A stretch of DNA of 63,421 nucleotides, filler included, from Catajapyx aquilonaris (Eukaryota): NCBI GenBank assembly GCA_000934665.2. It is 4 parts of 4 records of this genome, joined end to end, with 100 filler letters (N's around TTAATTAATTAA, not from the genome) between each part and the next. Parts side by side here need not be neighbours in the genome. Positions count along the whole stretch, not along the records: positions 1 to 15,789 come from JYFJ02007397.1; 3 more parts are not named here. The stretch is one strand, 5' to 3'. Made by a program: the position numbers and the translations under genes. The notes beneath the pieces were generated by a model. It did no database searches, had not been told where the DNA came from, and saw only the letters and a program-made list of their open reading frames with translations. Each line of letters opens with the position of its first letter. Position 1 is the stretch's first letter. This document shows, piece by piece, positions 1 through 11,300 of this stretch.

Positions 1-14
1 ATGCTGTGTCCGCC

Positions 15-101
15 GCAGGCGTAGAAAAACGTGAGCGAAGCGAGCGGTTTTTTATACGCCTGTGCCATAGAAAAATTCGAGCGGAGCGAGTGTTTTTCTA
101 G
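15..101 (+). mobile_element. Helitron-like 3' terminus (element truncated by contig start)
   Basis: Two imperfect hairpins (AAAAACGTGAGCGAAGCGAGCGGTTTT; AAAAATTCGAGCGGAGCGAGTGTTTTT) followed by CTAG|T at 98-102, the usual Helitron 3'-end arrangement. Confidence 0.45.
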
Positions 102-583
102 TACACCTTTAAAATGCAGAAAAAGTATGTAATGAAAAATTGAAGATTGTGCAGTAAATAATGCTACAGAATAGCATTGAATGACTGGCACCTCTCTTAG
201 TTATTCTCCAACCCCAAAATGGCCAATCTGGCCCGGGTGACTGTGCCAGCAGGTGGCCATGCTCCTACCTGACCTGCTGCACAGCGCATGCTCCATAACC
301 CAACCCGAACTAGTGCTGATTACAGCAATAATTAATTGTAACAAGAGGCATTAAACTGACTATTTAAATGAGGGTTGTTGCGCTTAACATGTCGAAATTT
401 CAGCTAGAATTACATCATTACATGACCTGTGTCCTCTACCGGGCCATCATTGATAGCATTGTCTTCAAATTCAATGTTTCTGCTAGTACAAGGATGGTGG
501 AACAATGGTCCATTCATATGCACTTGAGCAACACTGTGTGAATAAAAACTGTTTCTGACACCAGACAACAGCATCATTCGAAA

Positions 584-875
584 ATGAAATTCATCGTGTG
601 CATCTTCCTGTTCCTGTTCACCGTCTCGGTTCACGTCTCCAGCACATATCACGGCGCATATCGACCAGGCATGTATCAATAAGTGTTATGTGATAATAAT
701 AATAATAATTGCTGGAGACTCAGTCGCTGTGACAAACTGTTTTAATACTCCTGTTTCCTTTGCAGGTACTTGTTGGCCAGGCGAAACATACAAGGGAGAC
801 TCTTGCAACTATTGCACCTGCTGGAATGAGTATGACCCTCTGGTCGACACTTGCACGCTTCTACCTTGCGAATGA
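584..875 (+). CDS. Secreted single-domain pacifastin-like serine protease inhibitor, 64 aa; exons 584-668 and 766-875
   Basis: Exon 1 reads MKFIVCIFLFLFTVSVHVSSTYHGAYRP (signal-peptide-like). Exon 2 reads GTCWPGETYKGDSCNYCTCWNEYDPLVDTCTLLPCE*, matching the pacifastin pattern C-x10-CNxCxC-xn-CTxxxC. The in-frame join needs the donor CAG|GCATGT and the acceptor TTTGCAG at 765. AATAAA at 1012. Confidence 0.8.
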
Positions 876-1675
876 GACATTACATCTGCGACACGTAGCG
901 TAAACAAGGATTAGATTGCACCATGTAATAACCACAGATTGTAATTACACTTTCATCACTTTGTCCGCAATGTGGATGTAATAATAATTGTGCGGTGTTG
1001 CATTAACTTACAATAAATAACATCACATGCAATTGGCTTATGTCAAGTATAAGAGCCATTCGCCGAATCAATTAGGAAACAGTCAGTGCCGTATTACCAA
1101 ATGGGCACACATTGGCGACCAAGGATCCGCTACGACCTGGACATGGAAGCCAAAAGCAGGAATAAGTGATTACTACACTTGGGATGAGGAGGAAGAGGAC
1201 GAGAAAATGACGGAGTTCAAGGTGAGTCTGTTCCAGACAGACATGGTGGAGCAGCACCAGGTCATGAAGGACACCAAGAAGGTGTTGGCCCAGGCCTAAG
1301 CGTCACAAGTTGATGAAGAAGGCACCTTTCTGAGGGTACAAGCACTGGATTATTTTGTTTCATTGCCTAGGCCAGTGCTTCCCAAACTGTGGGTCGCGAA
1401 AATAATATTTGGGGTCGCGAGGGAGGGCAACCAATTACTTTCACAAAATGATGCTATCTTTCTTGAAAATCATGACCATAAGGTAAGGTCATTTCTCTGT
1501 TTTACCTGTCTTTTCATAAAGGAATTTGCCTGGATCCTCTGTAGTTTTGAGGGGGGTTCCCCTCTCACTGTCAGAGCAAGCTGAATATGGGATTGGTCAC
1601 ACTCTATGTTCTGTGCAAGAGATGAACTGGCATAATCTCACAGCCCTGTACTCGCATATTTTTCACCATAATAAA

Positions 1676-2080
1676 GGGAGGCGGAGTGGCGCTGCGGTAA
1701 CGTATGCGCCCACGGATGTTACGGTCCCGGGTTCGATCCCAGCCCGGGGACACCCCCTTCATCTCGTGCAGAGTTGGGTCGTCTCTGGCTTCCTCTCGGG
1801 TGGCATTTCCTTAGACTAATCCACCTGGGGGAGTTCACAAAATGGCATTAGCAACGACATTACACTGCACTTTGCACATCCCCTCCTGTCAACCTGCCCG
1901 TGGACCCGGGCGTTTCACAAAATGGTTCCGATATGTATGATACATTCACATACGGTAGAGTACATCAAATGTATGATTGAGTAATAATAAAGGTCCGTGC
2001 TAGATCCCGGTAAGGTGAATAATGCACTACCCCTATTATTATTATGATTATGATTATGATCATGATTATTATTATTATAT
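1676..2080 (+). mobile_element. tRNA-derived SINE, family A (full length, (TAT)n tail)
   Basis: A box TGGCGCTGCGG, B box GGTTCGATCCC, TAT/TGAT tail, approximate TSD TTTCACCATA (1661-1670, 2082-2091). A diverged 5' copy lies at 41011-41140. Confidence 0.75.
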
Positions 2081-3115
2081 ATTTCACCATACCATTATTC
2101 TAGTACTGTACCAGACGCGACATTTTTTTTTGTTTTTTGACAAGGATCAAAATTGTGGAAATCTACCTCGGTTATTGCGACATGCCAGCTACCTCCGGGT
2201 TATATCGGCATGCCGCTTTAACTGAGGTAATACTGTACTTTGAACGATTTTGATCCTTTCATGAGCACAAAGAATAACTCTGCAAAAAATAAACATGCCT
2301 CTGAAGGAATAGGTTCAGAAGAGGCCCAACAAGTCCAGAAATTGCTTCAAGGAGTTCAAAAACTATCCCCCCCAAAAAAGTCCAAATAGGCACGAAAAGT
2401 CGCGAAAAGGCAGAATACTAGTTCCCAAAATCACGACACAGGCCATTTTAGACACCATAAAATCTACATTTTCCACATCCAGCACTTATGAAACAGATAG
2501 ATCTCTTCACAAAACCATCCCAAATGCAAAGCAACTCAATAGAAATTTGCCTAACAATCCAGTCTCGAGTAATGGGAACAAAATTAATTTTTGAGTTGAT
2601 ATTCCAGCACATGTGAACCATGCGGTTTCATCAGTTGACTGTAATGTTCTACAGAAATCAAGGGCTCAGGGATGTTAATGATGGATTTCACTATAAAAGA
2701 ATCGCATCAATTTTATTTCGCCATTTTCCCATTCCATTCGTAATTTAAGTTTCATCTCAAAAATAGGACAGTGTCTGTGGAATGTATCTATGATTATTGT
2801 CACCTTGCAGCTCATTGAATGGCACAATCAACTTACACTTTTCATCTCAAGGCATGATTTCGCACTAATTATCACGAGGTATTCTGCTGACGCACTGAAT
2901 TTATTTCAGACACAGATAAAAACAACTTCATAGTTGCCATGAATGCTTCCCTTTCTATTACACAGTAATAGGTTTTACATGCAACCACATGGTTCAAGGT
3001 TATTCAGTGGTGTTTAAAAAACTGCTCTCCAACCAAATGCGTATCAAATTTATTGTCCATGGTGGCTCAAGCCACTTGCACCAGTCTTCTTTGGCTTGAT
3101 GGTAGCCATGTGTCT

Positions 3116-6100
3116 TCATTGCCTCACAACAAACATGGCAATTAATGGGTAGTGATCCGAAGGTGACACCCAGTTTGGCATGGAACCAAAGTTGTTGCAC
3201 TCCCAAGGAGACAACAGGCCATACTTTGCCACCAGTTTCAGCGACCCTTCCACTCTGGCGTTGTACCTGTCACTCCATGTTGTGCTAATATAACAAGTAG
3301 AGATAAAAATAATGATCTGGATCCGATCCAAGATTTCCATCACACCTCCAGAGGCAACCAAGCTGTTGGGTCGAATGGTTCATGATGGCAAAAGGAACAT
3401 CTCTTACCCATAAAAGATATAATCAACAGTAGTCCAGTCTATCTGCTTAGTTGTGGCCTCGGGTGCTCCTCTAGCCCGCGGCAAGTGGTGTTTGTACACA
3501 GAGTCGAGGCGAAGCTGATGGCACAACCAGCCAGTCCCAAAGAGTCCAGGAGGTGCCTCAGGAATAGTCCCTTCAAATTTTTTGGGGTATGCACCCTTCG
3601 CCGAGTGGTACACGTGAACTTCTCCCCCATCACCGCGATTTCCTTTTTCGCGCTCCACTTGGACGAAACGATGGCGACACCAATCATCCACCTGAAAGAA
3701 TCAGTAATTCTTGTGGCGTCAAATCCACTGCAAGTCATTTATCTCAAGAAATGCTTCTATAAACTTCTAATCCATATCAATTTTTGCCTCACAGAATATT
3801 TGTGCTAAAAAATTGTCCAGTAAGCCTCAGACAGCTTCATTCACATTTTATTTATTCATTTATTTAGTTAGTTAGCTATTTATGCAGGCCCATAGAAATG
3901 TCTATGCCAAATTTTGCAATCACACACTTAATTCACAGTGAAACTCTCATAATGATCATGACACGTCATTCGAATATCACAATATGGATGAATTGTTAAC
4001 AAAAAACATCATTTTATTACTATAGTATAAGAGAAATGTGATTTGCTGGCTACGCATGATGTGAAAAGTGGTACGAGCAAGCCACAGTGGCATAAGGTGG
4101 TTCATAGTGGCTTAAGAAAACACTACCAATGAACGAGTTTCTACTGCATGTGACAGAAACACTAAAGATGATGTGAAAACGAGACTTCCAAAATTGATAA
4201 GTTCATGTTTACGACAGGTTTCATTGCAATAACGTTGACTGTGTCACTCACCTGCAGAAAGGAAGGTATGAGATACATGCCGAGCATGTAGCCACTACCA
4301 CCATATGGTGGGAAACTATATGGGAAGGACAAGGTGCGACTGCAGGCTCCTTGAATGCGGATCTGTCCTTCAGTCACAAATTTGTACACAGGTGTGCCTG
4401 GTGAGGTGTTAAGATCCCCACATATAATCACAGGCAGGTATTGTGGCACTCTCGTGGGCAAGAATTTCTCAAATGCAATCCGATCCACTTCTGCAAATAA
4501 GATCTGCAACTGTGCCAGTCTGACATCTGGGCGCTTAGGGTTGTAGAGAAGGTGGGTGTTTGCCACGCATACTTCTCCTGGGTCGTAGTGGTGGTACCTA
4601 TTACTCGGATGCCCCTCGTCGGAGTCATTAAATTTCAGCTTGGTAATCAAAGCTACGTTGTCCCGGTTCAAGATATCCACACCTGGCTGAAAGTATTCAA
4701 CACTGCACATTTCTCGAAGAGTAAACTTGGAATCCTTCCAGAAAGTGGCACAACCATCAGAACGGGTCCCAGTCCTCTTCTTGTACAGCCCCTCGTACCC
4801 TGAAAGTCAAATTATTTGAGTCACTCAGGTAGCAATAAACACAACACCAATAATAATAACTGCAACCTGCATGCATTAGCTTCTGGAAATAACAGGAGTT
4901 ACACCTTTTCCATGTGCAGTCAGAAATAACAGGTGTACAGCAGTGTTTACATGCGAGTGATTTATCAACAATGTCGCAGAGATGTATACATCGCTGCAAC
5001 ATTGCTGATAAATTGCTCACATGTAATCACGGCTATATTACTGCATTTCAAATTGATACAGTACACTGACTTCTTTCACTACATTTCCAGCTCACGATTC
5101 TGAAGTCCATAGTAGGAAGTGGACATAAACGACAAATACTTAAAAGTACGGTCCACTGCCCCTGAACATTTCATCTCATCTAAAATCGCCGAAGGTAGTT
5201 TTTCTTACCGTACCTAAACTCTCAAGTGCAGGTAAAAAAAATGATATGTAATGGTCTTCCTGAACTTCTTGGAGGCATAGTATCTGTGGGGATGAGGAAA
5301 GCATGTGTTACAATGATGCACTAGTATATTCAACATGTGGGCAAAAAACCTAGGAACAATTTTACCATACAATTTACATTCAGCAAATCAGTAAAACTGA
5401 TATTTTCCCCGCTCCATTTTGATAATGCAACAGTTCACGTTTTTCAGCTGCAATAATGTAATATTTACTTTCTAATGTCACCACAGTTGGCAAGAACAAG
5501 GCTCATAAATTTTTATTCTAATTTTTTTTTTTAAATTGCTTAATTTTTTCACTATTTTCAGTCACACACTGTTCCATAAGGTGCGTTTACACGTGAGCGA
5601 TTTGATCGCGCGATGTCATCGCAGAGCGGTACATCACTGAGTAACCCGAGTAACCAGTATTGTTTGAGGTGATCGATTGTTACTTTCACCTCAAACAATA
5701 ACTCAGGTGAATCAGCGATGTACCGCTTGGCGATGACATAGCGCGATTAACCCTTAACTACATAGGTGGGCGAAACACCTTTAACTACGTAGGTGGAGCC
5801 TGAGAGGATCCAACGGTATATTTAAATTTCTGCTTATCGACTAAATTGTTATATTGGACTTTTCACATACAAAAAGTGTAGTTCAGATCATTAGGCTTCC
5901 GAAAACGTAAAAATCACAAGCTGAGTCAGCATATTCCGACAGGGAAAAATTCTTAATTAAAAGGTTACATCATGCTTGAGCTGCTCAGGCTTCACCTACG
6001 AGATATAGAGCCTGAGCCAAACAATAGGGACTAAAAAAATTTTTCTTTCCTTTTCATGCTTAGGAAGATTTTTCTGACAAAGTCGCGGAAGGACAGGGGA

Positions 6101-6730
6101 AAATAAAATTCAATGAAAAAGTTACATGCGTTTAAATAGTGCTTGGAGCCTCTCAGGCTCCACCTACGTAGTTTAAGGATTAAATCGCTCACATGTAAAC
6201 GCAAAGTGATATTTAGAAAGGGTGGTAAGAATTTAAATACAAACTCACATCACAGTTGAAATCCCGAAACTCTCTGAACAGCCCATCCTTACGTGCCTCC
6301 CACTCCCCAATGCGCGGATCGCACGCTCCGTACAGTTCGGGATGACCTACGAGCAAGTCTTGCGCCAACACATTGTAAGACATGACTGTAAACTGGCGAT
6401 CCTCCCTGGCAGCANCAATGGTTGCGCCATCATTCGCTCTCATTTGCCATTTTTGCTCACTCCTGTCTGCTCCGTTGTGCTGGCTGTCCTCTCCGGATGC
6501 TCCTTCCAGCGGTGAGTCCGGTGTGGTCTTGGCCATCTTCGGAGCTGCAGGACACTCAGGCTGCACCCTCTTCCCCGCTTCCTCTCTACAAGTATACATA
6601 CAGAATCAGATTGTGTGGGGGCATAAAAGTGTGCTGCCTACCCTTCCTGCTGGTGAGCATGGCTGGCGATCATGGCTGGACGAGCAATCCTTCTTCCAAC
6701 AACACTCATCAGAAGGGTGCTGCACCGCAT
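3116..6730 (-). CDS. angel: Protein angel homolog (ANGEL2-like, CCR4/nocturnin EEP family 2',3'-cyclic phosphatase); exons 6730-6642, 6585-6249, 5283-5214, 4799-4252, 3691-3408, 3284-3116
   Basis: Spliced frames give FTVMSYNVLAQDLL, ILCLQEVQEDHY, YKKRTG..DGCATF, NRDNVAL, VANTHLLYNPKRPDVRLAQL, ICGDLN, TVDYIFY and PSDHYPL. All introns are GT-AG and phase-compatible. The start exon is less certain, and there is a single N at 6415. Confidence 0.9.
5580..6203. mobile_element. Palindromic MITE (possibly PIF/Harbinger-like) interrupted by a TTAA-specific MITE
   Basis: TIRs TGCGTTTACACGTGAGCGATTT and AAATCGCTCACATGTAAACGCA, with further internal inverted arms (TATTGTTTGAGGTGA / TCACCTCAAACAATA). Confidence 0.7.
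5751..6179 (+). mobile_element. piggyBac-like non-autonomous element (TTAA TSD)
   Basis: TTAA|CCCTTAACTAC...GTAGTTTAAGGA|TTAA with subterminal inverted repeat ACTACGTAGGTGGAGCCTGAGAGG. A second, closely similar copy lies at 58436-58907. Confidence 0.8.
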
Positions 6731-7664
6731 GGGGAACAGCGTCGCCAACCCCACTGTTGGCTCCACTGCGCCGTGGGGGTGGAGTGGGTGGGTGGGGGGG
6801 CGAATGGAACAGAAAAAAAAAAAAAAGAAAAAAAAAGGAAGGCTTGGAACAAGAGTATCGATCCTTCTTGGCCAGGCTTCATCTGCCTAGTTCCCTCCTC
6901 CGCAGCATCCCCCTTCCGAGCAGAGGAGATCGTTCTGTGGATGAGACACCCAGGGGAAGAGCGTAACTAAGTAGACCCCGCCGAGAATGGGGGGGCCTGG
7001 TCCCAACAACAACAACGGCAGAGGAGGCGCATTGTGGCTCGTCCTTCTGCTGACCACAACTGTCGGGACGGGTGAGTTTTTGTTGTGTTCCATGGCGGCC
7101 CAACTGACGTCAATGTGTGTGGGTTGGTGGCAGGTGAAGGTTGACAGGTGAGGGCCTGGGGTTTTCGAACATTGCGTTGGCTTCGTTGGAAAGGCCATGC
7201 AACTGTACATGGTAAGACGGAGCGGTAGAGGGAATGGGACAAACTGACAAACTATCCCCCACAATCAAGAAGATGTACTATTAACCGCAAACTGCGACTT
7301 TTTGTTTATCCGCCTCCCTCAGGGGGTGCTGCCAGGTTTGAGTGTAATACGTGTGATTTCACATTATTTTGCCCACACATTTTAAAAGGATGCCACGGTT
7401 GTTTCATGAAAGATCAGTACACTGTACTCGCGACTGTCCGGGTGCGGATTATCCGTGCGTCGCCAAAAAAAATATATATATCAACATTCCTAGCAAACGA
7501 CGAAATATTAGAGGCTTTTTTTTTCCAGATGACAAACTAAAAATTTGTGGGAAGTTTCATTATTTTGGTTAAATCTGATCAGCGGTGTACAACGGTTCAT
7601 TAAAACGTATGAACAGCTCACTTTCATGGATCATCCAGCAACGCCTGCGCAATCATCGGGAAGT

Positions 7665-7800
7665 ATAATAATAATAATAATATTAGGGGATCATCTTTTG
7701 AATACCCGACTTTAATCATTTGCCTGTAATGTGATGGATTTTGATAGTGGGAGGGAACGGGAGAAACCCCGAGAAAACCCACGCGAACACAGAGAGAACC
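7665..7800 (-). mobile_element. 5'-truncated SINE fragment with V-domain-like core and (TTA)n tail
   Basis: The minus strand reads GTTCTCTCTGTGTTCGCGTGGGTTTTCTCGGGGTTTCTCCCGTTCCCTCCCAC, resembling the V-SINE conserved domain as I recall it. It ends in CCCCTAATATTATTATTATT. Confidence 0.55.
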
Positions 7801-8367
7801 GGATAATCGGGAAGTACAGTGTATGACAACCTCACCAAAAATTATTGTTATCTCGGCTGATGTCAATCCAAGAAGACATATTTTTTAACATTTTCAGAAC
7901 TGAAAATGTAGGAGTTGTAAAAATTATCATAACCTTCACAGAAACTGATCCTAAACCAACTTATTTGCAATGAAACTTTTGAGACCATGATTGATTTACC
8001 TACTGCACATGCAGATATATGTATTTTAATCGCGGGATGCTGCCGTTATCTGCGTTTTGGGTATTGTGTCCGGAAACGGCAAGGATATATTGGGAGTTCA
8101 AGTGTGGTTTGAACCAGTTCATAGTAAGAGCATAACTGTGGCGATGGCCTCGTTCTACTTGTAATTCTTCTACGCCATATTAATGAGCCAGGTTTTGTGG
8201 CACGTTGCCCCTGACATTCCAACCAGGAAATGAGGTTCAGCGATTCAGAGACATGGGATAATCTATGTCGGCTTTTAACAAAAAAGAGACGGATCCAAGG
8301 AAACAACCTCTGGTGACTCATGCGGCATATCAAGGTCCAGGTTATATCTCTCGCCTTATGACCCAAT

Positions 8368-11300
8368 ATGGACACTATGATTTGGACCTTTTTTGTTTCG
8401 GTATTATGTCTTAGACTGCTGTTGTCAACTGCATTGACTCGTAATAGGGAATGCAAACTATTCGCTATTCCTTCATGTAGCTTGAGAGGAAGGACATCCT
8501 GCCACCATGCAGAAACTGTGCCTATAAATAGATCCCCTTTTGCTTATAAACATGACACAAATATTTGATGAGAATGATGAAGATGGAATTTCCTGCTCTT
8601 TTTTTTCTTCTTCTCATGAACACCCGCATGTAGAGTGCATGCTACCCAGCTTTGATTTTTCTAGAACCGTTTCACGCATTGCTTTCAGGCACATGCAGTG
8701 TAGGAGAATTATCCGAACTTTTAAATACATAAATCTCCTAATTTGTCACATAACACGCCAGTTTTTAGTGTAATTATGGCTTAATACAAAATATGTCACA
8801 TTGAAACTAGCTTTGAGTGTGCTTGCCCTCATTTTATTTAGTCATTGTGAAGGTCGGCCTAGTAGTTGCATTACTTTACTCAGAATAGGTCTCAATTGGG
8901 CCTGATAAGTGCAAACGAGTCAAGAAGGAAGAATAAAAAGTGGGGGGTCTAAGGAAGCCGCTGCCTTTGACGTCTGCGCCACTTCTTTTTTGTGTGTGCT
9001 GCCTCGTTATAAATTATGGTTTGGGGTCACAGCTGCTTCAGATGTAAACACAAGTTTATCTAAGGAATTCTGACTGTCATGTGACCTCCAGCCATTAATA
9101 ATCGATCGGCAAATAAAATGAAGCATGTGACAAAAAATAAGTGACATCCTCATGACTGGAGGTCGGATACGCAAAAAAAGACATATAACTATCCAATGTT
9201 TATTGATGAGTAACAAGCAAGAAAATGACATTTAAAAAGACGATAGCAAATTTGGTTATTAATATTTGTGTGGGCACCGTTTGAGTTATATCATTTGGGG
9301 TAAAATATATGTTGGATGCTTGTATTTGTAACTGATATTAATTAATGGACTCATTCTTTGCAGATTGCGCTCATGCCCTTCTATCCCCTGATTCTTCCCA
9401 TCCCTTTTCGGATGACTCTGCGTCCTCGCCTGGCCACTGCCACTGCCAAGAGTCTGACTTTGCCTGTTGGGCTGACGTTAAGACACCAGACTTGTCCAAG
9501 CAACAATCAGAGGGTACCCACACGCCCCAGTGTGCCAACTGCATCCCCCGTGATTGGATGTGTGATGGGGACGTTGACTGCGAGGGAGGGGAGGACGAGG
9601 CTCACTGCAGTTCCATCGTGAGAGGGAGGGCGGACGCAGAGGCTAAGAAGGAGCCCTGCATTGGGATTTGGTGTCCGGGATCCCACAAGTGCGTGCGGGA
9701 CGAGGAGATCTGCAACGGAGAGGATGACTGTGGTGACGGATGGGACGAGCGGGAATGTGGTAAGACTTGATTTACAAGTACATGGTTGGATCTGATGTCT
9801 TTAACTTGATGTGCTCTTTGTTTGTTAGGTTTCGTGCGCAATTGCACAGTGGATGAGTTCCAGTGCGACAATGGCCAGTGCGTGCAGATGAGATGGCTGT
9901 GCGATGGTGACAATGACTGCCACGACCTGAGTGATGAGAGGAACTGCACTTATGAAGGGGGAGGTGGTATCGGAGGCCTAGGCGGCACTGGCGGAGGGGG
10001 CAGGCCATGCGGAGAGGGCGAGCACCACTGCGGAGATGGAAGTTGCATATCTGCCAACTGGAAATGTGATCACGAGTCAGACTGCAATGATCGCTCAGAT
10101 GAAATTGGTTGCCGTAAGTAACCATGCTGCCTTTCCGGTCACTTTTCAGGAGTCTCGCTAAAAGCTCATTCTACGTCAGTTCATCCAGAGAAAAACCAGA
10201 GATGATGAGTACACATGATTAATGCCAGGAAAGAAGGATCGAGTCAGTGTTAAAAGGAGTGTGTATGAGCTGAAAAAATTGATTTTTTGTAATATAACTG
10301 TACTGAACATGAACCATAAGCATCAGTCCTCATTCCTAGTGTAATATAGTGATCTCCACATTCATTGTCTCTCTTTAGATTTTGAACAGGAGTGTGCTGA
10401 GGAGGAGTTCCGCTGTGCCATGTCCCGCTGCATTCGATCAGAGTTTCGATGTGATGGCGACGATGACTGCGGAGACAGGAGTGATGAGGAGGGCTGTGGC
10501 AGTAGCGGATCGGGAGGTGTGAACGGAGGTGGGTGGAATCCAGGAAGAGGGAGAGAGTCAGGAGCAGGACGAGAGGTGGGAGGCACCTGTGCTCCGACAG
10601 AGTTCAGGTGCAACAACAGTCGCTGCATACCTGAGCGGTGGAGGTGTGACGAGGAGAATGACTGTGCTGATGGAGACGATGAGGTCGACTGTGCTGGGCA
10701 GCTCCCACGGACATGTTGGGCAGACGAGGTTCTGTGCAAGAATGGGCTCTGCATTGCCGTAAGATTTAACTCCTCAAAGTTTGCTCATTCTTGGGCTATA
10801 AATGGTTGTCTGGTGAAGTGATGGTAAGTTAATCTCGCCTACTTTGACAGAAATTGTGGCTGTGTGATGGTGACAAAGACTGCGTTCATGGCGATGATGA
10901 GGATAATTGCACCCGCACCTGCGAGGAAGGCCACTTCGCTTGCCCAAACAACTCCATGTGCTTGGCACCGAAAAAAGTGTGTGATGGACATGACGACTGC
11001 CCAGATGGAAGCGGTGAGTTGCACAAGTTATGCTTTAATTTGTGGCATTTATTTTCAAACCGATTTTTCCCTACAGATGAAGAGTCGTGTCCAAGGCACC
11101 GTGAGTGCACCCACACATCTCGCTGTGAGCATCTGTGCGTGTCCACTCTGGATGGGCGTGATGGGTGCAGCTGCAGACCAGGCTACAGGCTTGACGGTGA
11201 TGGATACTCCTGCTTGGATGTGGACGAGTGCTCTGAGGGCGATGACGACAGCGGAGGCGGCGTGTGTAGCCAGCAGTGCCGCAACACCATTGGCAGCTTC

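Noticed and set aside
1027..1340. 90-aa ORF with an acidic, coding-like stretch (WDEEEEDEKMTEFKVSLFQTDMVEQHQVMKDTKKVLAQA)
   Set aside because: I cannot recognise a family or a consistent exon structure. It may be a pseudogene scrap and needs a BLAST search.
6382..6970. 194-aa and 182-aa plus-strand ORFs
   Set aside because: They are antisense shadows of GC-rich angel exons and cross a poly-A tract that is the polypyrimidine tract of the minus strand.
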